Shown here piece after piece: positions 31,489-41,763 of a stretch of DNA of 64,000 nt (position 1 is its first letter; the number at the start of each line of letters is the position of its first letter). Where the stretch lies: the IMG/VR virus record IMGVR_UViG_3300025314_000012, one strand, 5' to 3'. Origin of the DNA: a virus. The notes beneath the pieces are model-generated. The model ran no database searches. It was not told the origin of the DNA and saw only the letters and a program-made list of their open reading frames with translations. The position numbers were made by a program, and so were the translations under genes.

Positions 31489-31508
31489 GCAACGTTAAAA
31501 TTAAGCAC

Positions 31509-31575
31509 AAAAAAAGGGGCTACCCAACGGCAACCCCCCAAAACCATTAACCAATTATTATGTATGAATCCAACG
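31509..31575 (-). ncRNA. candidate small RNA 2 (~65-70 nt), homologous to RNA 1
   Basis: Promoter 31579-31610, then CATAATAATTGGTT leader, then GGGGTTGCC...GTAGCCCC-T7; isolated by a second terminator at ~31622-31648. Confidence 0.5.
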
Positions 31576-31578
31576 CAA

Positions 31579-31610
31579 CAAAGGTAAGTATTAATTCGCA
31601 ATCCACCAAA
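31579..31610 (-). promoter_or_regulatory. Bacteroidota -33/-7 promoter
   Basis: TTTG-20 nt-TACCTTTG, near-identical layout to 15978-16009. Confidence 0.75.
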
Positions 31611-31672
31611 CTTTTTTAAATAAAAAAAGCCCCACCGAAGCAGGACTTTTAAAACAACAAAGTATATACAGA

Positions 31673-32698
31673 TTAAGAACCTATATTAAACTTCTCACAA
31701 TACTTGTCAACAAGGTCTGCCAACTTATCTGTCGTCTTTACCTCTATCCCTTCAAGTTTGCATATCTTTGCCAACGCAGTGTAACCTAAGTCTTTCACTT
31801 CGTCTTTTGTTGCATACCCCGTTATTCCAAGTTCTGCATACACAATTGCTCTGAATGATTTATCTTCTATTACCTTTTCAAGTAACACACCCTCTTTGTC
31901 TGCTACCTCATTGGGTTTTAATGTCAGTAAACATTCTATGTCCTCACCCGCTGCACAACTCCACCATGATTTGTCTTTCTTGTTGTACCGTAGTGATTCT
32001 TCGTTTATTGCTTTCCTGATTGTAGTTGCTGCACGCATCTTACCCTTATTGTCGGTAAGTTCCTCAAATCGTTGAAAGTTTACATACTTGCTACCACTCG
32101 CCTCTCCGTTTGTGATTTTGTGGTATAGCGCATTTCTTAATTCAAATACACCCAACTTATTCACGTCTTCTATTCCAAACACCTCTGCTACCTGCCTCAA
32201 TAATGGAATGTCTTGCGATACGGGTGATTTCTTGCTGTAAATAGCATGCCTAATGTCAAGGTCTTCTACTAATTCTTTTGCTTCTTTTTCTGCTTTGGCT
32301 TCGAAGTCTTCAAAATATACTTTGCCACTTTTTACCTGTGGACAGTGTGTTTGTAAGAACCACACCAACTCTGCATCCTTTTCCTCAAACATATAAGGGT
32401 CGCTAATCTTTAGGTGGTTCCCATTTTGATACCTGAACTTGCCGTTACGTGGCTTCGCATCACTCCACCGCCACAAACCATCCCAACTCACCAAGTCAAG
32501 GAAAAACTGCTTCTTTGGCTCGTATTTTCCTGAAATGTTTTTTACTCTTACTCCATTCGGATACCTTAATTGACAAAATCCTTTTTTGTCCTTGCCGAAG
32601 TTGTTTAACTTAAACTCCGCAATTGTTTTACTAATCTCTTTGGCTAACTCGGTATCCTTTTTCTTGTAGTCAACCATTTCTCCATTATAAAATATCAT
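31673..32698 (-). CDS. hypothetical protein downstream of capsid genes
   Basis: 341-aa ORF; C-terminal small helical (HeH/Rho-N-like) pattern YTALAKICKLEGIEV. Confidence 0.65.
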   Translation of the reverse strand: MIFYNGEMVDYKKKDTELAKEISKTIAEFKLNNFGKDKKGFCQLRYPNGVRVKNISGKYEPKKQFFLDLVSWDGLWRWSDAKPRNGKFRYQNGNHLKISDPYMFEEKDAELVWFLQTHCPQVKSGKVYFEDFEAKAEKEAKELVEDLDIRHAIYSKKSPVSQDIPLLRQVAEVFGIEDVNKLGVFELRNALYHKITNGEASGSKYVNFQRFEELTDNKGKMRAATTIRKAINEESLRYNKKDKSWWSCAAGEDIECLLTLKPNEVADKEGVLLEKVIEDKSFRAIVYAELGITGYATKDEVKDLGYTALAKICKLEGIEVKTTDKLADLVDKYCEKFNIGS

Positions 32699-32746
32699 AT
32701 CTCTGTTATTTAAAAGGGGGCGGCTTAATCACCACCCCCAAGTTTT

Positions 32747-33226
32747 CTATTTGTAAATGCCTCCCTCGACACGTTCTATCTGTATCTTTTGTGTTGCTGA
32801 ACTTGTAACAACCTTTAAGTTGAGAATACGATAGTTTTTTGCCGTACTATTGGCTAATGCAATTACTGTATCTGCGCTTGTTCCATGCCATGTTGCTGTT
32901 GCAAGTGTAGCGTAAGTATCTGCTGTGGTAAATTTACCTTCCAATGTTACTGTTGCAACTGGTGTTCCACTGATACTATCAAGTGCTACTCTCCATTCAT
33001 GCTTTACTGCATCAAACAAGTTATCAATTACATAATCTCTGTTCCACGTCTGACTTTTAATCAGGGTGTCAGCAGTTTCACTTCCGTAGAAAAAACTGTA
33101 TGTTATGTTCTTTTTAACGTCAAACTTGAAGTCATAAGAACCTGCAATACCGTCTACGGTGAGATTCTGTCCGTAGCTTACAACTGCGAACAATACTGAA
33201 ACGATGAATATTAATACTCTTTTCAT
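32747..33226 (-). CDS. beta-rich protein with signal peptide, directly after the major capsid gene
   Basis: MKRVLIFIVSVLFAVVSYG|QNL; beta-sandwich-like body. Confidence 0.7.
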   Translation of the reverse strand: MKRVLIFIVSVLFAVVSYGQNLTVDGIAGSYDFKFDVKKNITYSFFYGSETADTLIKSQTWNRDYVIDNLFDAVKHEWRVALDSISGTPVATVTLEGKFTTADTYATLATATWHGTSADTVIALANSTAKNYRILNLKVVTSSATQKIQIERVEGGIYK

Positions 33227-33241
33227 TTTACTACCCTCCTG

Positions 33242-34651
33242 TTATGCACCTCCACCTGAGAGGTCTTGGGTTACTAATATGGTCTTGTGGATATTATTGA
33301 AAATAGGTACAATGTGTGTTTTGAAGTCGAATTTAACACCATCAAAAGAGTTTGCTGCTGCACTTCCTGACGGGAAGTCAATATTACCTTTCACGCTGGT
33401 TACTGTATATCTGCGGTTTTCACCCTGATTAACAGCATAACCTAATGTTAAGTGTGGAAGTTTCATTTTTTCATCAGGACTTCCATGACCACTCATGGTT
33501 ACGTTGTGCATACCTTTTGGCATAAGGAATCCCATGTTTCTGTATCCGTATTCAGAAGCACCAAATTTATTCGGATTTGAGAATGAGCTAAGCTCCATCA
33601 AATTGAATTTAATACCAGTGATATTAACTTCTTTTGCATAGAACCCAACTGAACGCATTGTTTCGTATAACGAATGTCCTGTTGAATTAGCTGCCAGCCA
33701 CTCAATATTTGCATCTTCAATAGACTGAATAAGGTCTGTGCCTCCCAAGAAGTCAACTTCACGGTTCATAACACCTACTGCTTCCAAATAACCTTTTACG
33801 GCTTTGAATTTGTCCATGTCGAAGTCGGTTGTCCAAGTTAATTCCTGTGCCAACTCTTTCATAATAGGCACTAAACCTTTTGTTGAACGTACTACGTTGC
33901 TTCCACCTGTGATAGAAACTGTTTTTAAGTTTGCTACGTTGGTGTTGGCGTTACCTGTTAAAAGGAAAGCGTCTTTCTGTGAATCCAAACGGAATGTTGC
34001 ATCCATCTGTTCTTTGCTAAATAAGGCATTTGTACCGTATTTAGTTTTTACTGCTTGGAATACTTGTTCAAACACACGACCTCCTTCGATAGCACACGAT
34101 TCTTTCAAAATACGACCGTTGGTGTTTCTTTCATACAAACCACCTGTCATCGGGTCAATACCGTCTGCTCCTTCACCGTAAGAACTTGCTGTCAGAATAA
34201 GTTCTTTTGAAGTAATAGCTGTGTCGATTGTTGCTGTTAAGCTGAAAGATTTACCTTTCCATGTTCCGTTGTCGTCCCAAATACGCAACTCTAAATCATA
34301 ATCCTGTCCTGTTACATACTGCGCAGGAATCAATAACGACATTCCTTCACGCACATAGTCATCGCTGTTATCAGCAGATGAGAATGTAAGTACGGGGTCT
34401 ATCGGTGCTGACAATGCCTGTGCCACTGTTACAGTTACCGGACGTTCTGGTACTGATTCTTCCAAGATAGTAATGTTGTTGCTGCCAACATTCATTTCTG
34501 CTCCCGCCATGTTGAGGAAGTTCAACACCTTAAAGCCATCGCCATATCTGCTTTGCAATTCTGCGAAGGCTTGTTCTTCAAATGCAACATCCCAAGTGGT
34601 TACAAGTTGCCCTGCCCACCCTGCTTGTGATGTACTCTCTCTATAAGCCAT
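33242..34651 (-). CDS. major capsid protein
   Basis: 469 aa following the portal and acidic scaffold genes; size and order as in crAss-like phages. Confidence 0.75.
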   Translation of the reverse strand: MAYRESTSQAGWAGQLVTTWDVAFEEQAFAELQSRYGDGFKVLNFLNMAGAEMNVGSNNITILEESVPERPVTVTVAQALSAPIDPVLTFSSADNSDDYVREGMSLLIPAQYVTGQDYDLELRIWDDNGTWKGKSFSLTATIDTAITSKELILTASSYGEGADGIDPMTGGLYERNTNGRILKESCAIEGGRVFEQVFQAVKTKYGTNALFSKEQMDATFRLDSQKDAFLLTGNANTNVANLKTVSITGGSNVVRSTKGLVPIMKELAQELTWTTDFDMDKFKAVKGYLEAVGVMNREVDFLGGTDLIQSIEDANIEWLAANSTGHSLYETMRSVGFYAKEVNITGIKFNLMELSSFSNPNKFGASEYGYRNMGFLMPKGMHNVTMSGHGSPDEKMKLPHLTLGYAVNQGENRRYTVTSVKGNIDFPSGSAAANSFDGVKFDFKTHIVPIFNNIHKTILVTQDLSGGGA

Positions 34652-34676
34652 TTTCTTTTTTCTTTTTTAATTACTA

Positions 34677-35732
34677 CTATAAACTTTTCATCCACTCAGC
34701 ACCAGTCATAACACCGTCGCTCGCCCCTTCTGCCCGTGAATCGTTATTAACTCCTGTGTCGTTGTGAACTTCCTTTCTCCATCTCTCTTTTTCTCTCTCA
34801 CTGATTTCATCTGTAAGGACTTTCACAATCTTGTCAAAATTCTTTTCCAGTATCTTGCTGCGTACTTTTCCTGCAATCACACCCGCAGCTTCTTCGCTGA
34901 CTTTTGTCTGACTTGACAGGACTTCGTTTAACGCCTCTTCTACCATACCCGCTTTCATTTCTGGGGATACATTGAACGAAAATTCTTCTGTTAACTTTAA
35001 CTCTGTTATGCCATCTACTAAGTCTTTTAAAGGACTTTCCCACGCACTCTTTAACGCTGCCCTACCTGATTCCCAATCTACCGCCTTTGGTATTTCGATT
35101 CCATCATAGAGTTTCGCTAATGTCTTCTTGGCATTGTTGCCGTTAACTTTAATCTTCGCCTTTGCAGCACCACTAAGTTCATCGTCTTCGTTTAATCCAT
35201 ACTCTTCAGCAATCAGTTCATCGACTTCAGATTTCTCCAAGTCTGGATTTTCGACCATCATACTTAGTTTAATGGCTTCTACATGGTCAAGATTCTTAAC
35301 TTTTTCAGGACTTAAATTCACAAGCAATTTCATCGCCTGCTCACTGTACTCACCAGCTCGCTTTGTTAAAAACTGCTGCCTGATAAATTCATCATCACTC
35401 GCAAACCATTCCCTTCCGCTTATGCCTTTTGACGCTAAATTTGTTAGCTCGCTAACTTTTTGCGTTAGACCATCTACTTCTTGGGTCAACTCGTCTGCCT
35501 TTTTTGCTTTCTCAAAATACGACACCAAATCTTCTTCAGAATTTATGTCTTTTTCGTACTTTGCCTTTGCATAACTCTTAAAAGAATCAAACGAAAACTC
35601 GTCTGTTTTCACTTCTTCTTTTACGGGTTCTTTTACATCTTTTACTTCTTCTGTTTTTACATCTACAACAGGTGCATCCACCACGGGGGCTTCCTCTGCT
35701 TTTACTGTCGCTAAAATCTCATTATAATCCAT
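34677..35732 (-). CDS. putative capsid scaffolding protein
   Basis: Acidic, helical, low-complexity N-terminus; between portal and major capsid. Confidence 0.55.
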   Translation of the reverse strand: MDYNEILATVKAEEAPVVDAPVVDVKTEEVKDVKEPVKEEVKTDEFSFDSFKSYAKAKYEKDINSEEDLVSYFEKAKKADELTQEVDGLTQKVSELTNLASKGISGREWFASDDEFIRQQFLTKRAGEYSEQAMKLLVNLSPEKVKNLDHVEAIKLSMMVENPDLEKSEVDELIAEEYGLNEDDELSGAAKAKIKVNGNNAKKTLAKLYDGIEIPKAVDWESGRAALKSAWESPLKDLVDGITELKLTEEFSFNVSPEMKAGMVEEALNEVLSSQTKVSEEAAGVIAGKVRSKILEKNFDKIVKVLTDEISEREKERWRKEVHNDTGVNNDSRAEGASDGVMTGAEWMKSL

Positions 35733-35781
35733 TATATATTTTTTGTTGTTCGCAAATATATGTTAAATAAAATACACCAAA

Positions 35782-38193
35782 TTAAATAGCCTGTCCCTCA
35801 ACAGGTATCGGTGATTCGCTCACGGGTGCTGACGGTGCTTGCTGTTGTGGTGCTTGCTGTTGCTGCTGTCCACGTGGTATTGGAACACCGTTCAGTACCA
35901 TTAACGCCTGCATTGCTGTCATCTCTCCTTTTTTGACTGCTTCGTTCAGAATTTGATTAGTCCCCTTAGTCTTTTCATTGGCAATTTCAGACTGTGTTTT
36001 AAGCATGAACTCCTGTTGCTTGTTCTGTGCTTTCATTTGTTCAAGCTGTTGCGCACCCTGCATGGTCTGTTGGTTTGCCCTTGCTGCTGCTTCTTCTGCT
36101 TCTCTTTTTGCTTTTTTATTAGCTGCACCAAGTAACATTGCTATTCTCTTTAGACTTTCACCCGCATTTATCATCGAATTGAACCTAACATAGTCTGCTT
36201 CTGTTATTCCTACCTTGCCATCACGCCCGTTCTTCAATGATAGTGCTATCATTTCTTTTAGCTCTGCTATGTCTTTCTGTGTTGGTCGTGCGTGTGTCCT
36301 TATTCCGTACTTCACGTCATGCCCCTCTGCTATGCGCAACAGTTCAAGATTAGATGCCCCTACAACGTCTTCATAAGCCTTTGCAGCCACTTTCTCATCC
36401 TTTACGGTATATTGTATCCTCAGACACATATTTCGTGCTACATCGGATTTTAGTATGTTTGCTTTTTTAACGATATTCTTTAATATATCACTCGTCCCCA
36501 TGATAGAATATTCATTCACCGCCTTGCCTGTTCCGCTATCGGGTGATGAACCCATTGACAAAGGATTTATACCTGTCAGTTCTTCTATCTGTCTTAACGC
36601 CCAATCCATTGCCGTTACCTGTTCCTGTAACACCGCACCTGCCCCACCATCTAACTTTTCTATCGGGCGTGTGTTCTGAACCGTGTGTCTGCCTTGTGTG
36701 TTTTCTGAACTAAAGAATAATGTTCCTGTTTCCCTGTATGCTTTTAACACGTCCTTTGGGTTCATCTTTCTGCCACCCAAATTAATGTTGTTAATAATTG
36801 CCATGTCAATAGCTAACCCATTGATTGTACTCATCCTGATTCCCTGTTGGAACTTCATCCAACTGTTCATGTATAAGTCTAACACGGGGATTAGTCTTGG
36901 AATGATTGGTCTTCCAAATACCTTTACCATGTGGATAGGTAACACGGGTTCTGACAATCCGTCCCTGCATTGGTGCTTCATTCTGCCATAATCGTACATT
37001 AACTCTGTGTCGATTATCCAATGTGCCTCACGGACTGTTTTTATTCTTGTTTTTAATAATTCATCGTTCTTGCCTAACTTGGCTTTTCCATCGTATTCCC
37101 TTGTTCTCTTTTTTCCATACCTGTTCGTGTGTGATACTTCCTGTTTGTAATCTACATCTATCCAATTCACCACGAACACGGGTACTACAAACTTGTCTGT
37201 CTGTTCTGCAAAGCCATATTCTGCTCCTTTGTTTATTGAGTTGGGGTCTTCGTATTTATCGTTACCAAAATCTCCTGAGAATTTCTTTGCTACACTTTTT
37301 AATTCTTCTTCTGTAAAGCCTTTTTGTTTTAAATCTGACAGCTTTACTAATTTAATAAAGAATCCATAGTCGGGATTTCTGTATGATTCTTCATCTACAT
37401 ATTGCACACCCGCTGTCTTAGCATTTATGTATTCTACTTTGGTTTGTCCTGTAATTGGATTATACACGTCCCTGACTGCTGCAAATCCTACTGTTACCAA
37501 ATCTGCAAGTACCTTTTCTACTATCACCTCATCCCATGCTGACTGCTCAAAGGCATACTTCAGCAGTTGCTCCATTACTGTTGCGTAGGACGGTTTAAAA
37601 CCACCCTCTGCTTCGTACAGATTCAGTTCTTCAAGGTTTTCAGGCACGAATCCTTGTTCCTGTTGTGGAAGCACCATTAAGGCTTTTAGCGTGTTTAGTT
37701 CATTCCGATATTGTTTGTCTGCCCACGCCCCCCACTTTGCTGTTTCCTTTACTGCACCGCTATACTTGTCTGTCGGGTCAACGGATACCATGTTTATCAG
37801 TTCTGACAGTTTGCCTATAAGCGAATCCATCATCTTCGGTGCGGGTGATTGTATTGTGAAATTCAGGTTATCACCCGCTTTTCTTTTCTTGTTTTTTACG
37901 GCTGCATCGTCTATCTTTTCAGACACGGTGCTTGTGTTGTCTGTTCCGTAATAGGCGTTTTCGTAAATACTCTGTGGCTGATTTCCGTGTGCATAACTCC
38001 TGTTAATATCCACATCCGAATAGGACGCATAATCAACGTATGTTCCACCCCTGCAAAACTCTTTATAAATAGCTTGTGCCATTTGTAGATTGTATGCGGG
38101 TTTATCCTTTTCGGCAGGACTTATCTGGTCGTTATCACGGTTGGGCATAACGTACTTTTTGCCCTTAGAATATTCATCGCCTTTGTAAATCAT
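35782..38193 (-). CDS. portal protein
   Basis: 803 aa directly after the terminase; IEELTGINP motif; Gln/Ala-rich C-terminal barrel region. Confidence 0.8.
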   Translation of the reverse strand: MIYKGDEYSKGKKYVMPNRDNDQISPAEKDKPAYNLQMAQAIYKEFCRGGTYVDYASYSDVDINRSYAHGNQPQSIYENAYYGTDNTSTVSEKIDDAAVKNKKRKAGDNLNFTIQSPAPKMMDSLIGKLSELINMVSVDPTDKYSGAVKETAKWGAWADKQYRNELNTLKALMVLPQQEQGFVPENLEELNLYEAEGGFKPSYATVMEQLLKYAFEQSAWDEVIVEKVLADLVTVGFAAVRDVYNPITGQTKVEYINAKTAGVQYVDEESYRNPDYGFFIKLVKLSDLKQKGFTEEELKSVAKKFSGDFGNDKYEDPNSINKGAEYGFAEQTDKFVVPVFVVNWIDVDYKQEVSHTNRYGKKRTREYDGKAKLGKNDELLKTRIKTVREAHWIIDTELMYDYGRMKHQCRDGLSEPVLPIHMVKVFGRPIIPRLIPVLDLYMNSWMKFQQGIRMSTINGLAIDMAIINNINLGGRKMNPKDVLKAYRETGTLFFSSENTQGRHTVQNTRPIEKLDGGAGAVLQEQVTAMDWALRQIEELTGINPLSMGSSPDSGTGKAVNEYSIMGTSDILKNIVKKANILKSDVARNMCLRIQYTVKDEKVAAKAYEDVVGASNLELLRIAEGHDVKYGIRTHARPTQKDIAELKEMIALSLKNGRDGKVGITEADYVRFNSMINAGESLKRIAMLLGAANKKAKREAEEAAARANQQTMQGAQQLEQMKAQNKQQEFMLKTQSEIANEKTKGTNQILNEAVKKGEMTAMQALMVLNGVPIPRGQQQQQAPQQQAPSAPVSESPIPVEGQAI

Positions 38194-38250
38194 TTCAAAA
38201 TATTTTTAACAAAGATAACACGTTGATTTTTTAACATAAAAATTGATACT

Positions 38251-41200
38251 TTATGCAAAATTCCAATAGTCCTCTGCGTTATACGAATCAGAATTATCGC
38301 TTAGCATTTCTTCTGCGTATGGAGTTTCTGCACCCATTAGACACATACCATGTGCTGTTAACCTATCATAGTGTCTCATCATCTCCATTCCAGTAATCTC
38401 CTTACATTCTTGTAGATATTCAGCAAATGCTTCCACGTGACACCTGTTTTCAAGGTAGTCCCTTGTTCTACTGAATAGCAATTGCTTAGACCTTTCCAAC
38501 GAATCACACCCCGCTTTTTCCTTGTATCTTCCTGTCTTTAAGTCTATGTCGTAAAGAAGATATGCTCCATATTCTTTTTCGATAAAATATCTAAGCGTTT
38601 CATCTAAGTTTGTTTCAGGGTACACCATCGCCCCAAAATATATCGCTGCCTTTAACGTATCTTCGTTAAACTCATTTGAATTTGCGGGTCTATGTCTGTA
38701 AGACAACACAAACTTATATGTGTCCCAATCTTTTATTTCCTTACCGCCATCAACTGATGGGTCGTATTTAAGTAGTATAGCTATACCACCGTCAGACAAC
38801 CTACTTTTCTTGCCAAGTGAAGCACCTGTCCGTGAATCCTGTTTTGTTCCGAACTTAAACGGGTCGCACCCTAACACGTACTTGTTTGGATACTGTGGTC
38901 GCCACATTGGAATATGTTTTCCCTTTATGGAACTATATGTGCTTATCTGTATTCTTTTATTAGATACGGCAGGACTTGGAAATTCACTTATCCTAAACCT
39001 ACCATTTTCTTCATCGTGTACAAATTCAACATCGCTTCCAAACCCGTTTACCCACACTAAATCACCACGCACTGTTTTGTCTTCTCTCCTTAATTCAGCA
39101 AGCCTTTCATCTATCCTTTCAAGTGGAAATCCTATTGAACCTGCTTCTCCTAACCAACAGTCTGCATACTTAATAGGGAACAATTTCTTTTCTTCCCTAT
39201 ATGCTCTCATGGATTCTGAATCACCACGCTGAAGTAACACGTCTCTTTTGCCCTGTAAAAATTCAAGTGCTGTCTGTGTGAATCCTTCTTCTCTCTGATA
39301 GTCCAATATCGTATCTTTAACCGAAAATCCATAGCTGTCAATAAACCCGTCAAGACCCTCTGTTGCGGGTATAAACAACCTAAATAGTCCAGAAAATGTT
39401 TGTCCGCTTGACTTTATCCTTTGATAAAAGTTTGACGTATTTGCCAAGAACCTGTAATCAAAACTACCATCCGTTAATTCATCACTCGTTGATGGATAGT
39501 CTAAGTATCCAAATATGATTCTTCCATTTCCTTGTGCGCAACAGTTCTTATTTACGTCATGGCGTTTTAATACACTGACATTGGAAGTATTGTGCGCTAC
39601 CGTATTGTCTTCCAATAAAAATCTTCTGTTTCCGTCTATAACAAATCCGTAATAATCACCAACGCCAATACTCTCTACCGAAAATCCTGTATGTAACGGA
39701 TTTCTCGTATTTGGATGATGCGGCTTTCTTTCGTATCTTTTCCTGTTTACCTTACACGGTATTCTCCACAAATCAAGTCCATATATAGAAACACGAAATA
39801 CCTCACATTCATAAACACTTCCGTCTTCTCTTTTCATTCTTGCAATCTTTGGATACATAGAACAACTAAATCCCAAATCAAGTGCAAGTCTTCTTATATT
39901 TTCGGCAAGAACTTTTCTTTTTTGTGTTACTTCATATCCTGTTCTATTGCCTGTATATGCGTATCCATCCGAATCAATTAATCCCGCTAATAAACTAAGT
40001 CTGTTTTCTTCTGAATCAAAAAGGTAATCTTTTGGAATATGTTTGTTACCTATAACACCTATCTTTCTTAATTCTTCTATTAAGCTAAAATTCTTTTGTT
40101 TAATTATCTCGTAACCACGATAATTGTCTTTTGTTTTTATAGTCCAATTTATAGAACTAATAGTAGTATCAAAATATGACGCTATTTCTCCTACTGAATA
40201 AAACACAAGTTCTTCTACACCATTATTAAAAAAATATGTATATTCTGATTTTCTGGATAGATGATATGTTATTTCATCCCTAACCATTTGAGTATCGTTT
40301 AATGATGAAAACTCTTTTAAATAATCAATTATTTCAATGTCTATATTCGTAATATTAACACCACCATGATACCCATCACCAAGCCACAATCCCAAAAAAT
40401 AAGGTTCTACTACGTGCTTGTTCTCTGTGTATTTGACTGGTTTCTTATACATAACAGATGCAAGTTTGTGTCTTGGTTTCATTTTAAGATATTCCTTTAT
40501 GGTTTTCTTAAAATAATCACCACCTCTAACTCCGGGTATGGCATTACCATCACTTGACTTCAAACATAATATATGCTCGCTGTTACAAGTCCACTCTTTC
40601 CCCTGATTTGGAATTATCTTATACATTTCGTCAACACCACGTGCTAACCTTAAAACATTTCTCGGCAAAGAATCATCCCCCATCAAAACATCCCCAACTC
40701 GTATATCTTCAACATTCTTTACAGAACCATCAAACATTCTTATTTCCGTTCCTTTTCCAAAACATTTTCCGGCTTCGTCAACAAGTAGGTATGTCATCTT
40801 TTTACCATCGAAATACTTCTCTGATGCCGTTGTTGCATACACAAATTTTGTTTGTAAGGAATCAACTGCGTATTCGTTTTTGCCTACATCGAATTTTAGT
40901 GAATCAGAAGTTCTACCCGAAGACGTAAACGGTTTTATCCATATAGGAAACTTATCAAACGATGGAAGAAGTTTCATCTTAAAATGTTCTTCTGCGTTAT
41001 CGTTACTATAACTTTGAATACCACCACCGTCTGTTCCTATCGTCCTTGTAATTACCTCAACTCCATTGCTAATTGACTTATTTGTATTTCCTGAACGCCT
41101 GTTCTTTGCCTGATGCTTTCCATAGCATATTCTTCTTGGCACGTGTTTGTTGCCAATCCTATCCACTAAGTTAATCATAGAATAAGTTCCGTCTTCATTA

Positions 41201-41763
41201 GGTACGGCAAATCCGTCTTTGTCTATCTTTTCAAATGTTTCGTTTGACGTATAGCAATAATCAACAAACAGATACTCTTTTCTATCTCTATCTCTATATC
41301 CGGGTCTGTCTTCACCCTCGTTGGTATCCATTCTCCACACGTTCAAATAAAAGAAGTGCTTTCCTGTAATGTATGTTGGTTTACCCATATTGTAAAACCA
41401 ATATCCATTCATTCTATGCCACCAAAATTTTCTTATGAAATTTATTTCGTTTTTAAAATCCTTATTCCTTTCGGTAAGCATTTCCCAAAACTTCTTCTGA
41501 ATTTTTAGTAGTGTTACAACATTGTTCTTATTGGTAGCCAATTCCTCTTTAACGGATTGTACCGCTTCTTCTTCCAAGTCAATTAATCTTCTTGGCACTT
41601 CCAATCTCTTAAATCGTTGGTCTTTGTAATAATCACCGTACCCATCAATGTATTTCAACGGTGGTGGTTCGGGTAGTTTCAACACGATTGGTCGCAAGTC
41701 GGGGTCATTATCATTTAACACCACGTACTTGTCAGCGGGTATATAGTCCTTTAGATTACTCAT
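38251..41763 (-). CDS. terL: terminase large subunit containing an intein
   Basis: KNRRSG Walker A region, LLVDEAGK Walker B, GCDPF RNase H-like nuclease, YDRLTAHG final acidic motif. Confidence 0.9.
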   Translation of the reverse strand: MSNLKDYIPADKYVVLNDNDPDLRPIVLKLPEPPPLKYIDGYGDYYKDQRFKRLEVPRRLIDLEEEAVQSVKEELATNKNNVVTLLKIQKKFWEMLTERNKDFKNEINFIRKFWWHRMNGYWFYNMGKPTYITGKHFFYLNVWRMDTNEGEDRPGYRDRDRKEYLFVDYCYTSNETFEKIDKDGFAVPNEDGTYSMINLVDRIGNKHVPRRICYGKHQAKNRRSGNTNKSISNGVEVITRTIGTDGGGIQSYSNDNAEEHFKMKLLPSFDKFPIWIKPFTSSGRTSDSLKFDVGKNEYAVDSLQTKFVYATTASEKYFDGKKMTYLLVDEAGKCFGKGTEIRMFDGSVKNVEDIRVGDVLMGDDSLPRNVLRLARGVDEMYKIIPNQGKEWTCNSEHILCLKSSDGNAIPGVRGGDYFKKTIKEYLKMKPRHKLASVMYKKPVKYTENKHVVEPYFLGLWLGDGYHGGVNITNIDIEIIDYLKEFSSLNDTQMVRDEITYHLSRKSEYTYFFNNGVEELVFYSVGEIASYFDTTISSINWTIKTKDNYRGYEIIKQKNFSLIEELRKIGVIGNKHIPKDYLFDSEENRLSLLAGLIDSDGYAYTGNRTGYEVTQKRKVLAENIRRLALDLGFSCSMYPKIARMKREDGSVYECEVFRVSIYGLDLWRIPCKVNRKRYERKPHHPNTRNPLHTGFSVESIGVGDYYGFVIDGNRRFLLEDNTVAHNTSNVSVLKRHDVNKNCCAQGNGRIIFGYLDYPSTSDELTDGSFDYRFLANTSNFYQRIKSSGQTFSGLFRLFIPATEGLDGFIDSYGFSVKDTILDYQREEGFTQTALEFLQGKRDVLLQRGDSESMRAYREEKKLFPIKYADCWLGEAGSIGFPLERIDERLAELRREDKTVRGDLVWVNGFGSDVEFVHDEENGRFRISEFPSPAVSNKRIQISTYSSIKGKHIPMWRPQYPNKYVLGCDPFKFGTKQDSRTGASLGKKSRLSDGGIAILLKYDPSVDGGKEIKDWDTYKFVLSYRHRPANSNEFNEDTLKAAIYFGAMVYPETNLDETLRYFIEKEYGAYLLYDIDLKTGRYKEKAGCDSLERSKQLLFSRTRDYLENRCHVEAFAEYLQECKEITGMEMMRHYDRLTAHGMCLMGAETPYAEEMLSDNSDSYNAEDYWNFA
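39589..40764 (-). mobile_element. intein with LAGLIDADG homing endonuclease (residues 334-725, 392 aa)
   Basis: Starts CFGKGT.IRMFDGS.K.VEDIRVGD; YFLGLWLGDG and LAGLIDSDG blocks; ends FLLEDNTVAHN followed by Thr. Confidence 0.9.
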
